This document shows, piece by piece, positions 37,640 to 52,090 of a stretch of 64,000 nucleotides of DNA (position 1 is its first letter; the number at the start of each line of letters is the position of its first letter). The notes beneath the pieces were generated by a model. That model was given only the letters and a program-made list of their open reading frames with translations. It searched no databases and was not told where the DNA came from. The stretch is from Catajapyx aquilonaris. Taxonomy: Eukaryota. The position numbers and the translations under genes are program-made. The stretch is from positions 124,001-188,000 of the forward strand of contig KZ538193.1 in NCBI GenBank assembly GCA_000934665.2, written 5' to 3'.

Positions 37640-38640
37640 GAAGGTGTGACGTCGAGGCTCAACCCCCCCACCCCACCGAATCAATACCGACGTCAACCTA
37701 ATAAACGCCTGGAATACACCTAAAATCCGGGGGCCGCCCTTGGGTCCGACTTGACCCGAAACACATGAGCCAATATCTGCAGACTCCAAAAAGCGCGGTG
37801 CCCATATCTGGTGTCGTCATCAGTAAAAAATCCAGGGGCTGTGCCAGTGACGTCAGTACAGACGTCGGTAGGTGGTGGGGGGTGGGTAACAGTGGGGTGT
37901 GCGGGGGGCAGTCGACGGCTGCTACCCCACTTGACTGAAAACATGGCGGCTGTGTGTACGCGTGCGGGCGATGCGACGGTGAGGATCACAAGTGCGGCGC
38001 TCGCCGGGTTGTGACCTCGCGACTCTCTGTCACAGACTGGGATAAGAGAGATCACATAAACCAGCCGGTGTTGCCCCCCCCCACTTGGACAAAAAAAAAA
38101 CATTAGTGTAGGAACACGATGAGATGTGACCCCGACACGGTGTCGGTCCGCCCCGGGGTGTCTCCGAGGGCAATATGTCCTTGCTCAGTGTCACTGGTGA
38201 GTACCTGACATTTTCAACCTCAAAAGGTCATCTAGTTACATAACACTACATTTTTTTTTTACACTTCAAACGATGTGTCCGCAACAATACTGCAGTGACG
38301 TCACAAGCCGGATACCTGGCGATAACTAGAAAATATATAGGTCACCCGGAACCGATTTTCGGGAGTGGGCCAAACTGGGTCGCTCTTTTTTTTGGGAAGC
38401 TTGCAGGGGGTCCGGATACCCCCCTCTCCGGAAAATGTAGGTCAACGTTCACACGGTGCAGGAGGCAACCTTGATCGGCTTTTTTTTATGCGTACGTGTA
38501 CATGCGCACACGTGTCATACACACCTGTGCACAAATTTGCATAATATTGCCCAGGTGCGATATTGGCGTTTTCTGCACAGTTGGAATCGTGCCCAAATTT
38601 AGGCCATCCACACACACACAAAAAATTGCGGGTGACGTCA
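37640..38640 (+). promoter_or_regulatory. Candidate promoter or first exon of an unidentified gene
   Basis: GC- and CpG-rich. TGACGTCA at 37848, 38296 and 38633; AAACATGGCGGC (TISU/YY1-like) at 37939; donor-like gtgagg at 37979 and gtgagt at 38197. Confidence 0.35.
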
Positions 38641-41600
38641 CTATTGCACGTTTTTTTTGCGGGTTTTATCCGGGACACTACCGCAAAGACAATTTTGCAA
38701 TGTGCACATTAGTTAATAAGGACACAACAGGTGCATCGGGTTTGTTGCGGTATTGTTGTTGAAGTGCGATATCCACCAATTTGCAACTCGACACCCCGGT
38801 TTTCAGACGCTCGATTGACCCGCCATTGACCGAACCAGATTTTTATTACATAATTTTTAATAATATTCGGATAACAATTGAGTATTGATCCCAGCATTTC
38901 AATTGCATCGTGGTATTGATAGATTGGAATTGGCGAAATTCTTCCTATAGTTCCTTGTACTGTATACAATGTACAGTGGTGTAATTGAAACAATTTTTTT
39001 TGGCCAATTTGGTGCTTATTTTTCATGGCTATCAATATTAGCTGCTAATAATAGGTCGGGTGGACCCCATCCTTTTTATAGCGTGCAAATATGGGTTCTA
39101 TTATTGGCGGTCGAAGTCAATTGTACGAATTGGCCATTCCATATCGGAATTGCATTGCAAGTCGTAGGTTAAGTACGTAATTTAATGCAGCCTAATATTA
39201 GCAGCTAATTTTGATAACCAATATGCAATGAAATACTTAATAATAAGCAGTTTAGAGTGAGAGAAAAAAAAGCAACAGCATATTAATTCACACGTTCGAC
39301 TAATATTAGCAGCTGTAACTGAAAACTGCTTTAAAATCAAACAGCTTAGACCGAAACTGTTGCTAATTGAAACGTCACACTTGACCTGGAACATTCTGTA
39401 TAATTTTGCCTTTTGACCCAGTGTCCCATGAAAAATCCTTGAAGTAAGTCAGTGTGATTTGAGGTCTCAGAATGAAACAATTACGCCATTTTTTTTATCC
39501 TAGGGAAGCTTAATGCCGTGATTAATTAGCGGGCCCGGTTTGTGAGCGAGGCTCCCCCCTGGAATGTCCCCTGAGTTGGAAATAACCGGACCTAAAAAAA
39601 AAAGGAGAGAGAGAGAGGATGAGTCAAAAGCAGTGTCCGGAGATTTATAGGTGCTTAGAGAAAAAGTGGGGATGGAAGACTCATTGCAAACACAACGCTG
39701 TACGAGGCCAATTGTCTTGTGCACTCCAGCTGAGAGAAGCCAGCTCTTGGCAGAGGGGGGGAGCTTATGTCTATGGGCCCATATCGCGAACACTTTTTTT
39801 TTTTCTCGGAGGGGGCTTTTTCGGGACAAATTAACTGGGGAAAAGTTTGCGGAGAAGGTGCTGGAGCTGTCATGGAAACTTATGCAAACGGTGTTGGCGA
39901 ATTTGCAAAATGTATGGAGAACTTGAGGTGATGTTTGGAGATGCTTATACACCACCTCTGGGTTGTTACTTGTAGCTTATAACATGGGAGAATGGGTATG
40001 GATATCTCCTTGCATATCAAAATTACAGTTCTATTTAATCTTCAAGGTAATTACTGATGACTCATGTTTAAAAGGTACTATAAAAAAAGTTACAAAAGGG
40101 GTCATATTATCTCCAATTACTCGAGCACAGAAATGAGGAACCTGCAGGAATGCTAATATTAACATTATTTTTTCACCCTGGAAGGAACAGTTCGAATGTA
40201 ACATTGCTGGAGAGCAGATTAGTGGAAAATTTCCCATTGCTATAATGAAGAGCTTATTAGGAACATCATGTATTTAACTCTACAGTACTCAGTACATGTT
40301 TTGGAGAAGTCTGTTCGTGCTCGAAGCAATGCTAGTTTTTTTTTGTCCAATTGTATTATTTTAATAATAGCCATGGAGGATGTTAAAAGTAGTCCTGAGA
40401 ACTGCTTAAGGGGGGTAGTTTAGGCTTGGTGGCAATTTTTTTAAATGTGAAAAGTTTGCATTTTTGATCTCCCATTCCTTTTTGCGACTGCTTGCAGAGC
40501 ACTGCAGGGATTTATACTGTAAACCCTCCTATTGCACAGCGAACACATAATTACTGCTGCACTGTATGACGCGGAATTACACAACTTAAGCCTGTTTTCA
40601 AGAGTGACATTTTAATTCACGTACAAATCTAATTTGAGGCAGGCTTATTTGCCGCCTACACGTTGCTGTCAGAAATGTTTGTTAAATTATTTATTAATGA
40701 TTTTATTATTATGAAAGCCGGCTAAGTACTCTTCACGACGATTATTACCTGCAGGAAATTTAAAAAAATAAATACTGCGCAACAAATAAATCACATGAAT
40801 ATGCCTAATATTCACGTTGGCGATATTGGGCCTGGAAAAACTGCGCAATAGTATTTCGACAACGTAGGATAGAGCAACAGATCCCAGTCACGTGTCCGTA
40901 TGCGCTTGAATGGAACCATTATCTCTGCACTGTAAGGCATAATCTCATCCTTCCAAAGGTCGTCGGTGCAGCATACGGGCCTAATTAAATTAATTAAGCA
41001 TTTTGCCAGTCACGATTGAAAGCGAAATACCTCGAAGCCAACTATATACCAATAGCATGGAAGGATTTTTTTTCCCCTTCTCAGGGCCATTGCACCATGA
41101 TACGCAACTCACCTGAAACTCTAGACAATTGCGGGCTGCCAGCAGTCGAAACAAGGACATCAATGACACACCATTTTCTACTCGAACTGAACCCTCTCAT
41201 TTGTGCTGAAAGTCTGCAATTTTTAATAAAAAGGCAATGAACTGTGATATGAAGGTGATTGTACACCTGCTGAGAGAGAAAAGTTTGTGAGGCATAACCA
41301 GTCGCATACTAAAAAAATACAAGCCTATGATTCGATTGTGTACATAAACTGGAGGAATTCTGTTGGTACATTATGACAGCGATTTACTGCCCTGTTATAC
41401 TGAAAAATAGACATTACTAGCAGTTACAGCAGTATAGCAGCGATTTGTAGCATAATTTTTCTGCGTACAGATTCCCCTACAGATTCATGTGAACTTGCAA
41501 GTTTCAGCCGTCACAAACTTGGGTTAGAAGTCTACAGTCTATGTACCTTTTTCAACTCATCCTTCAGGTTTGTTTTGGTACAAACAATTTGGCAAATTGC

Positions 41601-44600
41601 AAAGCCCGGTTCAAGGTATGTACTTAACACTTGTACAACCATCCTCTCTGAAAGTGTCATTCCCGTCCGAAGGAGATCGCGAGCGCAACTCGAGAAAATC
41701 AAAGGCAACTAACTCGCTTGCAATCTTGACCTCCAAATTAGAGCAAACTTACTTCCAAAGTGTTTAGAGGTACACACTACACTTACCCGGTCCTGGATCC
41801 CATCAGAAACAATTAGAGCAAGATTGGAGACACAGTCACGCTCGATTGCGTTTCGTCTCCAGAAGCCATTGTTGGGAAAGGTGGAGGTTCCCCTGAAAGA
41901 ATCTCCCAGAATCAATCTCAGAGTTAGGGAGTAAGTGTTTCTTCTTCTTTCCTGCCCTGCCCCTGCCTCCCCAATTTTTTTTTTCTGAGGAAAGAGCATT
42001 TTCCGAGGAATAGTGGGACCCATTTCTCAAAGTTCGTCAAGAGCAATTCTTCCTCTATCGATTCGGACCATTTTCTTCTGTTCCGGAGGCTACTGATGGA
42101 TATTCCTCCCTTGGGGTAACTGAGAAAGAGAGAATAGCTCAAGGGGATAATTGTTAAAACGTCCAGCAGAGTTCAAGTGGCCTGTCTTATGCACTTCAGG
42201 TCACTCCCCTTGGAGCCAACAATTATATTGGTGAATTCGCAATGAGGGAAAGGCTGGTCCCCATTTATTTTCCCACCTGTCTGATGATCAGGTGGCAGAA
42301 AATGAGATCAGCTGTTGTGGGATATCGAGGTTGCTCAGATTAGATATGCAGGATGTGTGTAGCCTGAATAATAATGATGTGTGTCTGGTGCAGGATGATT
42401 CACTAGGATGAGTTGGCTTTATACGAAGCGTAACATTCACTTCCGCAATAAATTTTTGATCCGAGAGACTTTTAGACAGAATTGTGAATCATACATCAAG
42501 AAAGATGGCGCAGTATTTTTTCGCATTCTTTTATGCAGCCTTTTTTTTCATAGAGGTCAGTCCACCAGTTCCTTATCAGGACGCGTCTCCTAATGAGACG
42601 TCCGCTTCCTTTCATATCCTTTTCTCTCCGGGAATTATCGCAGGAAACCAGACGGTTTCTTTTCACCCAGAAATCCAATTCGCTCCGAAGAAGAAGCAGA
42701 AGAATGATTGCTGTGGCGTGCATTGTGACTTTATCTGGCCCGGAAAAAAAAGACTCTCCGGATCATAATACGGACGCGTTCAAAAGAAAGTTTTCGTTCC
42801 CGTTAGACAAATCTGGTAATGAATATCCTAGCGGTGTATAAGTGTCAAAAAAATATTTGAGCAGTGCGGCATTGCGTGTCTGGCACATTGTTTATCAACG
42901 CGTGACATTTCGGCACAAATCCGAGGAAATTTCATTATCGCAAAAATGTTATTTTTATTTCGTCGACTGCATTGCACTGGGCAGCAATGATTCAGAAGAA
43001 AAACTGTTACAAAGTACAGAGGACAACGTTGTCATAATCCAATGCAAACCACCCGATAAAGCCGGCTGATAAAATTCCGCACATGCAAAAACCCAAACAA
43101 TCAGTTTATAACGGATCGATTATAACGTGATTAGCGAGGGTCGACACGCCAAAAATAAAAAGAAAGGAAAAAAAATTGTTAGTCGAAGTAGAAAAGGGGG
43201 AACTAGAACATATATCTTTCCAGCAATTGAATGAGGCTAAGGCTGAGCGAACGCCAATGGAAATTCAATTTTCTCCGAGGCTGATGTGAAATTTAGGTCT
43301 AGCGGAAAATACGTCGCGGAATAGCTGGATTATGAAGGGACCTAATTTTATCTGGGCGTCATAATATGCATGAAGTGCGTAGGTTTTTTTTGAAATTTTA
43401 TTTTGAGCGCCCAGATACAGATTTAGATCCACACTTTTTCTTAGAATGGAAACCAAAGGGTGTTAGAGACATAACTCGGTCGCCGTCTTCATAAGTTGAG
43501 TTCGTATAAAAGGCCATTGCCAGCAGGATTCGATCGCTTTCTGTTCCTCAGAGAATATATGGGACGACCTATTTTCGAAGAGAATTTTTGTTGAAGCTGG
43601 CCTTAGTGGAGGAGAAGTAGTGATGGTGGAAAAATTGTTTAAAAAATATAATCGAGCCTTATTTCCTTTCAATTATTTTATATTGCATGTTGGCTTGAAG
43701 TACTTTTTGGCCCATATTTCAATATCACGACGGATAAAGGCGTGTGGGCGATACAGGCCATATGTGCACTGATTTAGTACAGGATGTGCCCTGTTTGGTC
43801 TGGAGATAATAAAAGCCAACAGCTATAATGCCGTCCAGTTTTAATCGCGTCTGCATCCAATAACATTTGGCTCCACTTAAAAAAAAAAAAAGCGCTGAAA
43901 CATTCACATGGTGCAATATTGGCCCCAAATTCCTACAATTTTTGGACGCCCTTTGAAGCATTAACACGATTATATTTGCCCTCGACGTAGGGGTCACATG
44001 ACGTCAAGCTGAAGCCCTATCCCATCAAAAGGGGGGTTGACGAACGGCTGGACATTACTGCCTAGTGTCCTGCAAAAAAGTAGATGGGCCCAGTACGTGA
44101 TGAGCTTAGTGTCAGGCTTCGAAAGCCCTGGGAATTGTTCTGCTCTTACTCATTTCGCAGGCTAGGGTCCCCCATTTCAACTCTGGAGAGCCTGCTTCTC
44201 CAGAGGAATTCTCGAGGACGGAACCTATTATAAATATTTGCGGGTCATGTCCGAGTCTCCCCGTCCTCCCTAGAAAATATATTTAAGAAAAAGGACCTTG
44301 GGCAGCCTGAATAATAATTAAAGGGTGGGTGTCATTTGAATGAATTATTTAGCGGCTTCTGGAACACATTAAGGAGATTGGGCCAAGAGGTCAGCTATAG
44401 TTGTTTGCAAGGGGACCACTGCCGGAGAGCCGTACTTTTCTTTATAGCCGGGTGATTAACTTTCTTGTTAATGGCGCTTGCCAACTGGAGAAGTTAAGAC
44501 CACTGCGTTGTGGAAACAGGACGAGGAACTTTTTCCAATTAAGAGTATCTCACTCTGGAGAGGAATTCGCCTCATTAGCTCATTTGTTCCTGTTGTGAAC

Positions 44601-47600
44601 TTATGGAAACTTTTGGCCCTACTTCTTCTCCCTTTTTTTCTGTGGGGAAGGCGGAAAGAAATTTGTGGTGTAAATCTGAACTGCCAACTCGAATTAGCAT
44701 TTTTTTTCCTTGGGCTACTATGCATTTTTAGCAATTCTGGATGCGTGCTGCGATTATTCCGCGCCAGACTTAACCAGAATTTGTGTTCATTTTAGCTGCT
44801 TAAGAATCAAGGAGGCTCGTTTGGAGAGTCCGGCTTTAAAGGGTGATTCAGTAAATTGCCTGACAGCTACGTAAGAGCAACATGAAATGTGGTATCCAGC
44901 AATTGAACCACACTTTGAAACTCAGGCACTACTCCAATCAGTTTTTTGGGATGTTCTTTTCGAAAAGTCTCTTGCTGTTTAATTATGAGGTTGCCGCTTG
45001 CATAATGCTTTTTTGATACACAATTTCCTGTGCAGGCTAGGCAATGGTTTTGACAAGAGTATCTCAAAGCTAACCCCCCAAACTACGCCTGTGAGAGCTC
45101 CTAATTGGCGCATAATATCCTCCGCATTAAAAATGAGCTCATCCAAGTAAAAGTTGTGCCGCCAGGGCATCACGTATACAACTTATGTATGGATCCACTT
45201 GTTTATAATATTCAGTGTGTTCAGAGTTCAGGCCCCCCCAACTAATTTTGGGACTGTTCTGATCCCTTGGTAGAGAGCTTGTTGAACCCAGAGGGATATA
45301 CTCTCTGAAAAGCATTGCAAATAGTAGAGTAATCAATGATCCTGGACCGCCTCTCATCTATGTCTGTGGCTTCAAAGAGCAGGGAAAAAAGGGGGATAGG
45401 ATATAGTAGTTGCTATAATGGCTTCTAGGCTTGGCTCTAGTCATCAAAGATCCTGATGGTCTATATCCTATCTATTTTTTACTTCCTTTTTTTTCAACTT
45501 CCAAGGCACGTTGACAAGGATGAAAAATGCGGGGGTGGTGGTGAGGTGTAGTTATGGCAACTCCTGATAGGAAAAGCCTTGCGTAATTTTTTGTAATCTG
45601 TAGCCCCTTTTCTTTTCCTCACGAGGGTCTAGCCTTCCATCCAGAAGCTTTAGCGGCATATCCGCAATAAATCCTTTTCCGCAAGGCCCCCTCCGATAAA
45701 GTGGGGCAGCGCCAAAGTGGCCTTCATCCTCAAGGCAAGAAAAAGCGAAAAGAAAAAGAGAGAGAAAAAAAATCCTCCAGAGACCCACCTTATAACGTAT
45801 AACCCCCAAAATAATTCGTGGATCCACGTAAACTCGCAATTAATTTCTTGCAAGGTTTGTACTATCGACTTTGCCAGGGGCACGTAATCGCGTGCAGGTG
45901 CTGAAACACTTCCTATTGCTAAAGTGCTGTTCGGTTACAAAGTATTCCTTATCTGTGTGCAAGGGTCATTACACCAAGTGCATTGCCTCCAAAAATGCAT
46001 CATGTACATTTGGGCCAACTCAATCCGATACTCGACTGTATGGGGCTAATTAGCCGGTTGTATAAAGTTACAACAGGTGATTACTGTACCATCCTGTTTT
46101 ATTTTTACCGTACAAATATTTATGGCAGGCATCAGTTTAATAATGCAATTTAATACATTGAGCCGCTTGATTGTGGATTTAAAAAGTGAAAATAAGGTTT
46201 GCTGACAGGGTAGGGGGCACAGTGTAGCTCAGGCTTGTTTATTAGAGAAATTAAGCTCATTAAGCTTGATAGTTTAGTGGGGCGTAAAATGGATCCTTCC
46301 CCACCTGAGGCGTCCGTTTCAGGAACAGCCAAGTGCTGAGGGCTGGAGCTCGATAAGGCGAGATGATAAGAAAAAGGAATTGAATTGCGCTCAGGGTAGG
46401 CCACCTGCGGCCACTTCTTCCATTTCGGCCTGATGCTGCTGTGTGCTGAAATTCATCCAGCAAGTTCTACGACCTGATAATCCACGTGACGGAAGTTTCT
46501 AAGCCCACTTAGTTCTTTGTTGAAAGGGAGGCAAAAACGCAGAGGGGGGAAAAACCCCCTTTTATCACTGAAGGTCATTCTTCTCTGTAAATATTGACTA
46601 ATTCGATGGCGTAGGCGGGCCCTTATAGCCGAAATGAAAATATTGGAACAGTTACAGGGAAAAACGTGGATATTCTCAGAATAGAATATCAAGACAAATT
46701 AGTAGCATCGCCGGTAGGAAGCACAGTTATCGAAATGTTAAAAATGCGATAGTCGTTATTCCTTCTCATTGGAGATGAAAAGCTAAGAAAGAGTAAAAGT
46801 TTTTGCAAAACTTTCCAATACCTATTTCAAGTATTGTATTTCGCCCAAAGCATGTTTTAATGACATTTGCAGGCAAAAGTGAAGCCTCAATCGATTTCAT
46901 TTTGAATAAATTACAGTGCGTAGGCTTAGCATATAACAAAAATATTGATTAATAATTTTAAACAATGATCCATTTGAAAAATACTCATTATTAAATCAGG
47001 AATCTAAAATGAATATAATTGATATTATTAATACACAGATGTATTAACTGGTAAAATATAAATAAGTCATTCTCACCAGAGGTTCACCTCATTAGCTTGA
47101 ATAAGCTGCGTGCAATTATTAAATCAGTTTTGTGTAAACTGTGCTGTCTCCTTTGTTGGAAAGTGGGACAAATGGCCCGGGCTAGGCCTAGCTCCTTGTG
47201 GCCCTGAGAGCTTTTATCCGGGGAGGTTGGCCACAAGGGATTACTGAAAACCCAAATATCCTCGTAGCAATTGACCCATAATTCTTTATGCGATACTGTA
47301 CATGCAAACAAAATTTTAAAAAATAAGGCCTGGAATGCACAAAGGCACGAACCAGAGCCAATATTAGCAAAATGTTTGAATGAGTTATCCCTATTTTCTC
47401 CCGCACGCAATCGGCAAATGACGAAATAACGGGGCGCCTGAACAATTAATTCCCCAACTCCCCTTGAGCGGCTCCCGAGTTGAGAAAATGGTAAACAAGT
47501 AAAACTTCCCTGGAGGGAGGGTTTATTGGCGTAGGACTTGATTACAGCTGGGCGTATCTTTTAATCCCTGGGCTGTAGTCAGCCCTCTTGCACAATGCGC

Positions 47601-50600
47601 ATGTCAATTGGGAAGGAGCTTTATTCAATCGAGCTGCTTCTCATTTGGAGAAGTTAGTCGTAATCTCTTTTTCGAGATGGGCAAGAAGAAGAAGAAGAAG
47701 AAGCCGCCTTTTACGGTCGGAAGGAGACGGGGGCGCGTGGGAAGACGACCTGATCAGACAGAAGAAGGTCAAAGGGCACGTCTGGTCAGCTCATATCGTA
47801 ACACCCACGCTGTGCGGCAGGTTACATCATGCGTGAATGTAACATGACACGATTAAGCCAGAATATGCGCAGAATTTAGGCATATTAATATCGATTCAAT
47901 ATTTTCGTTCAAAAATTATGTAAAATTGCTAATACTTTAGAAGTAAACATACACAATTTCTAAGAATTCATTGAACGTTTCTAGAGCTTTCCTTGCGGTC
48001 GGAAACTCTCACCCTGCGAAAAGGGGTATATAGGTAGTTGCTTAGCGATTTATACTGATTCGCGACGGCGTTTGCTGAAGCGCGCGAGGAAGGCAGTTTT
48101 AGCAACGAGATATCCCCGAGACCTTTAGAGGGACAGTAAACACTCTCTTTCCTGACTGCTCCATTTCTCCCCATCCGAGTGGCACAAGTGGCAGGATGGG
48201 GAAGCCATTCCTATGCGGGCCAATCCATATGACATTGTCTCTCAGGAAAAGGAAACCTGAAAAAAAAAGAAAAGAAAAATGCTGCATAATCTGTGGAAAG
48301 AAATAAAAATGTGATCCTCAGTGGGACGCTTTTTATTGTAAATGGGATTGCCATTATGTGTCAGTTTCAAGACGTCGGTTTTATTTCGAGAGGGGAGCAA
48401 TTTTTGCCGCAAAGTTTGAGAAAACTTTGAAGAAACTGTACCGTGAAGGATTTTTCCAAGGTTCCTCATACTTTGTGCTGAATGGGACGTTTTTTTTGTG
48501 TGTGTGTGTGACACAATTGGGAGACTGTAGTGATTCTTTTAATGGCATCGCCGCACGGTATATTACGATTTGTGTCCCTACGACAGAGTAAACCTTCCTT
48601 CTTTTTTTTTTTTGCAGCCGATAGAGAAACCTTGAGAGAAAAACACACAAAAACCCGATAGTCTGATATCAAGTTGAGGCGGGGATTTGGGGAGAAAAGG
48701 CTAGAAATAATCTGGCTGGGTTCAAGTAATGATGTTGAAATATGGACATTGCTGCCACATGCAATAAAGATCGTGCCACTATTGCGTGATATGTCGTCTG
48801 TCATACTTTCAGACGTCTGTATAAGACCATACGTCATGTTGATATTATGATAGTGTCATGTTTATTTGGCACGTGTAATACCGTAAAGATGCAATGCACA
48901 AATCAAATCAAATATAGCCACGTTGACGTACGTTTGGCATTACACGGCAAAATAAAATTTAAATCCAACATATGTTTTAAAGATATAAACTGAAAGCCTT
49001 TAAAGGCATGCTGACTACCGAATATTGCTTGGAATATTTCTTTAGGTCGATTTTATTTTAAACAGTTGGAAACATTTATTCAAGGCCTGTATCATTTCAT
49101 ATTTAAACATGACTGCAAGGGGATCTGGTATAAGTCGAAAAATATATATATTTTTTCAATTTATTATTCCTCTTGACATTGTGATACACATTGCGGCCAG
49201 TGCCTTTCAGCTACACTGTACATCGTATCCCAGTAATAGTGTTGCTGGTGGGCGGGTCAGCACAGTATAAAAAAAGCGCAAAGTCAATTTTGCACGGCCC
49301 CCCTGCAGTGCGACATGATAGCCCCGCCGCGAAACTGCATCATTAACATTACACCGACTCAATTTTAGAGTTACTTCCAACGTCATAAACCCAGGTTTAT
49401 TAGTAGCCACGTGTTAGGAAAAGAAACTTGCAACACACCACGTGGACACGATACTGTACGTACATATTTTTTGTCCAACATTTCTCTTACAAATTACTTG
49501 TTGCAGTAACACATGTTGCTGCCAGCATAGTTTCCCGCAGCTGCAGCTATTTGTTGCCCTCTGAACACCTTTCCATTTCCTCCGAGCGATGCAACTTTCT
49601 ACCCACTAAATTACCCCCAAAAGCATCCCAGATGTCTGTGCATCACTGGTAGACTCAGTGATTACAATTATTGCAAGTTTCTCCCTTTCTCAGAGCGATA
49701 ATAATTACATCGGCGATGAATTACTGCACCTGAAAAGTTTTCGGAGGAGGGCTGCTGGAGAGAAACTTTCCTCTTGAAACTAGGTTTTGTAGCCCTCATA
49801 TAAAGCGGGGGCTGATGCGAAATTAACCAACTCCACACAATAGAAAGGCATTTTTATCCTCCCTAGCAAGTCGCATAGGAACCTCATTAACAGCATGCTC
49901 TTGACGCAGTTTAAATAAGCTAATCTAAACAAGCCTAGTCCTTAATTAGGTCTATCCAAGGGGGTTTCCGGTCTGGCAACCCAACTTCCTTTAGGCTGGG
50001 GAAAGGATGCATATGTGTTAGAGCTGCATACTAGAGTAATACGTGTGCGTTTTTCGTTTATTTGCAAAACTACGGCGCATTTTCGCTGACTGCGGATTTT
50101 AATCAGAGTGCTGCAGCTTACACTCGGGCTGTCATAATTTTCGCGGTAATTTAGAAAAGGCAAAGCCTTTTCGCCCAGTTCGTTTTCAAACCCGGAGCTT
50201 CAATTACCATTCCCGGAGAGCACACATGGAAAAACCTCATTTCGTCATGTTTTTGTTGTACGCCTGATGAACGTGAGTGTTCGGTTTGCACCTGGAAGAA
50301 TAAAGTCGAGGCAAATAGTTCAGTAATTGATTTATGTGATAGAGCAGACATTTCCTGCATTATGTTTAATCTTATCTGAGTGATCCGAGTGTACAAAAAC
50401 AAATGATTAGATTAGGGCAAATCCAACATTTTCGACCTTCATCCTGCTGGCTGACTGTACCCATTTGTTTGCCCATCATACTTGCAACAAATGCAGTACC
50501 AAACTGGACAGAAAAATCAGACCAAATGTGTTAGAAAACGACGCTGCTCGAGCACAAACAGCACCAAGTGGAGCGTAAATTACCGTGTACTTTCTGACCT

Positions 50601-51901
50601 TTCCTACTCGTATTTTGTTTCCTGATTTTTACGTCCTGCAACATCTGCGTCCCCGGTTTAGCCCATATATATAGCCCTGTGGATATAAACGGAAAAGCCT
50701 GTGAGGAAGGGAAAGAGGCCCTGACCGGTGGGCGTTATAGCTCTCTAATGCTTTCCGGGGGGTAGTTTCGCGGTTGTCGGAAGTTGTTTACTGCCTTCGA
50801 CTTGTAGCCGAGCTTCCGACCACATACAACCAATCGTCAAGCCTTCACTTCCGACATCATCTCCAGGTCCAATAGGTTAAAAGTAGACACTTTTTCCCAG
50901 TCCGGATGTTTACTCCCGGAAAAAAAAATCATTTTGCAAAGTGCCCGGATTCTCTGTTATGTTCTGCGTAGGTAGGTTAATAAATTTTGCGATATGTCAA
51001 GGGTCAGGTGCGTGGGAAGAGGACGGATTATGCAGTGTCCGTGTTGGACAAGGTGGGAAAGTGAGGCTGTAATTACATGACAAAAAATCCGATTTATGTG
51101 GATGTGGGTCACCCTTCTTACGAGAGTCAGGCCGCATTTTTTGGGTGGACCATTGTATACTGCACGCGGGTGTGGATAATAATATCGACCAGTAATTAGG
51201 ATTATGTAACCTCAGGAGTACTGTAATCCGTATAGCGGTTGATTTGCAGTTCACGGGTACTGCTGCTTGTATGCATGTATATACACGTATATAGTAGACC
51301 TGTATAATACATAATATTATAGGCGGCTGCGACCATTTTCAATATTACATGATGAAAACGATTGGTTCGGTGACAATTAGCGTGGTGGATAATTAATGGG
51401 AAGGGCAAATTTGTAATTGCATTAGGGTCTTATGTTTGTCAGATCACAAGCCAGATTTAGTTTGCTCGTGATGGCGTGGGCAATATATTCGTTTGACTTC
51501 CGGTGATAATTGGGCTGAAATATATTGCACAGGGATTGGACATTTGCGTGACGTTTGTGTTGTCGACGGAGCCGTGAAATATATGTCAGGATTTCTGTTT
51601 GGAGAACTTCAGTTTCCGCGGGTTTGAAGAGTTTCTAAAATATTTATTCTATTCCGAGCGAATATAAATGCGTTATATGGATGCATAGATGGCAATAATA
51701 TTTTTATTTCAGATGACCTGAAGCATTTATAAAACTGACTTATATCAGATTAACACAGTATTAAAAACAGGAAGGGTTGGAATTTTCTCAAAAATGGTAA
51801 AATGGGTTAATAGTGTAGAGTTAGTAGAGTAGTGTAGAGTGATCAAAATATTCATTGTAATTTTCTGCTGGGTAATAACAACAAGCATACGAAAGAAGCC
51901 C

Positions 51902-52090
51902 ATATAATACTCGAAGGCAAAGTTTGAGAAAAATAATTTTTCTCAAACTTTGCCGTCGAGTATTATATAAGGGCTTAGATTTTATAAGGGATAGATTTTC
52001 TTTCTCAGGCAAAATCTTACAAGTGCAGCACCAATAATTAGAATTATTGGTGCTGCACTTGTAAGATTTTGCCTTAGGAAGAAAATCTAT
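51902..52090. repeat. Two adjacent long hairpins (33-bp arms at 51902-51968; 49-bp arms at 51991-52090)
   Basis: The arms are reverse complements with 1 and 2 mismatches, and loops of 1 and 2 nt, respectively. Confidence 0.92.
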
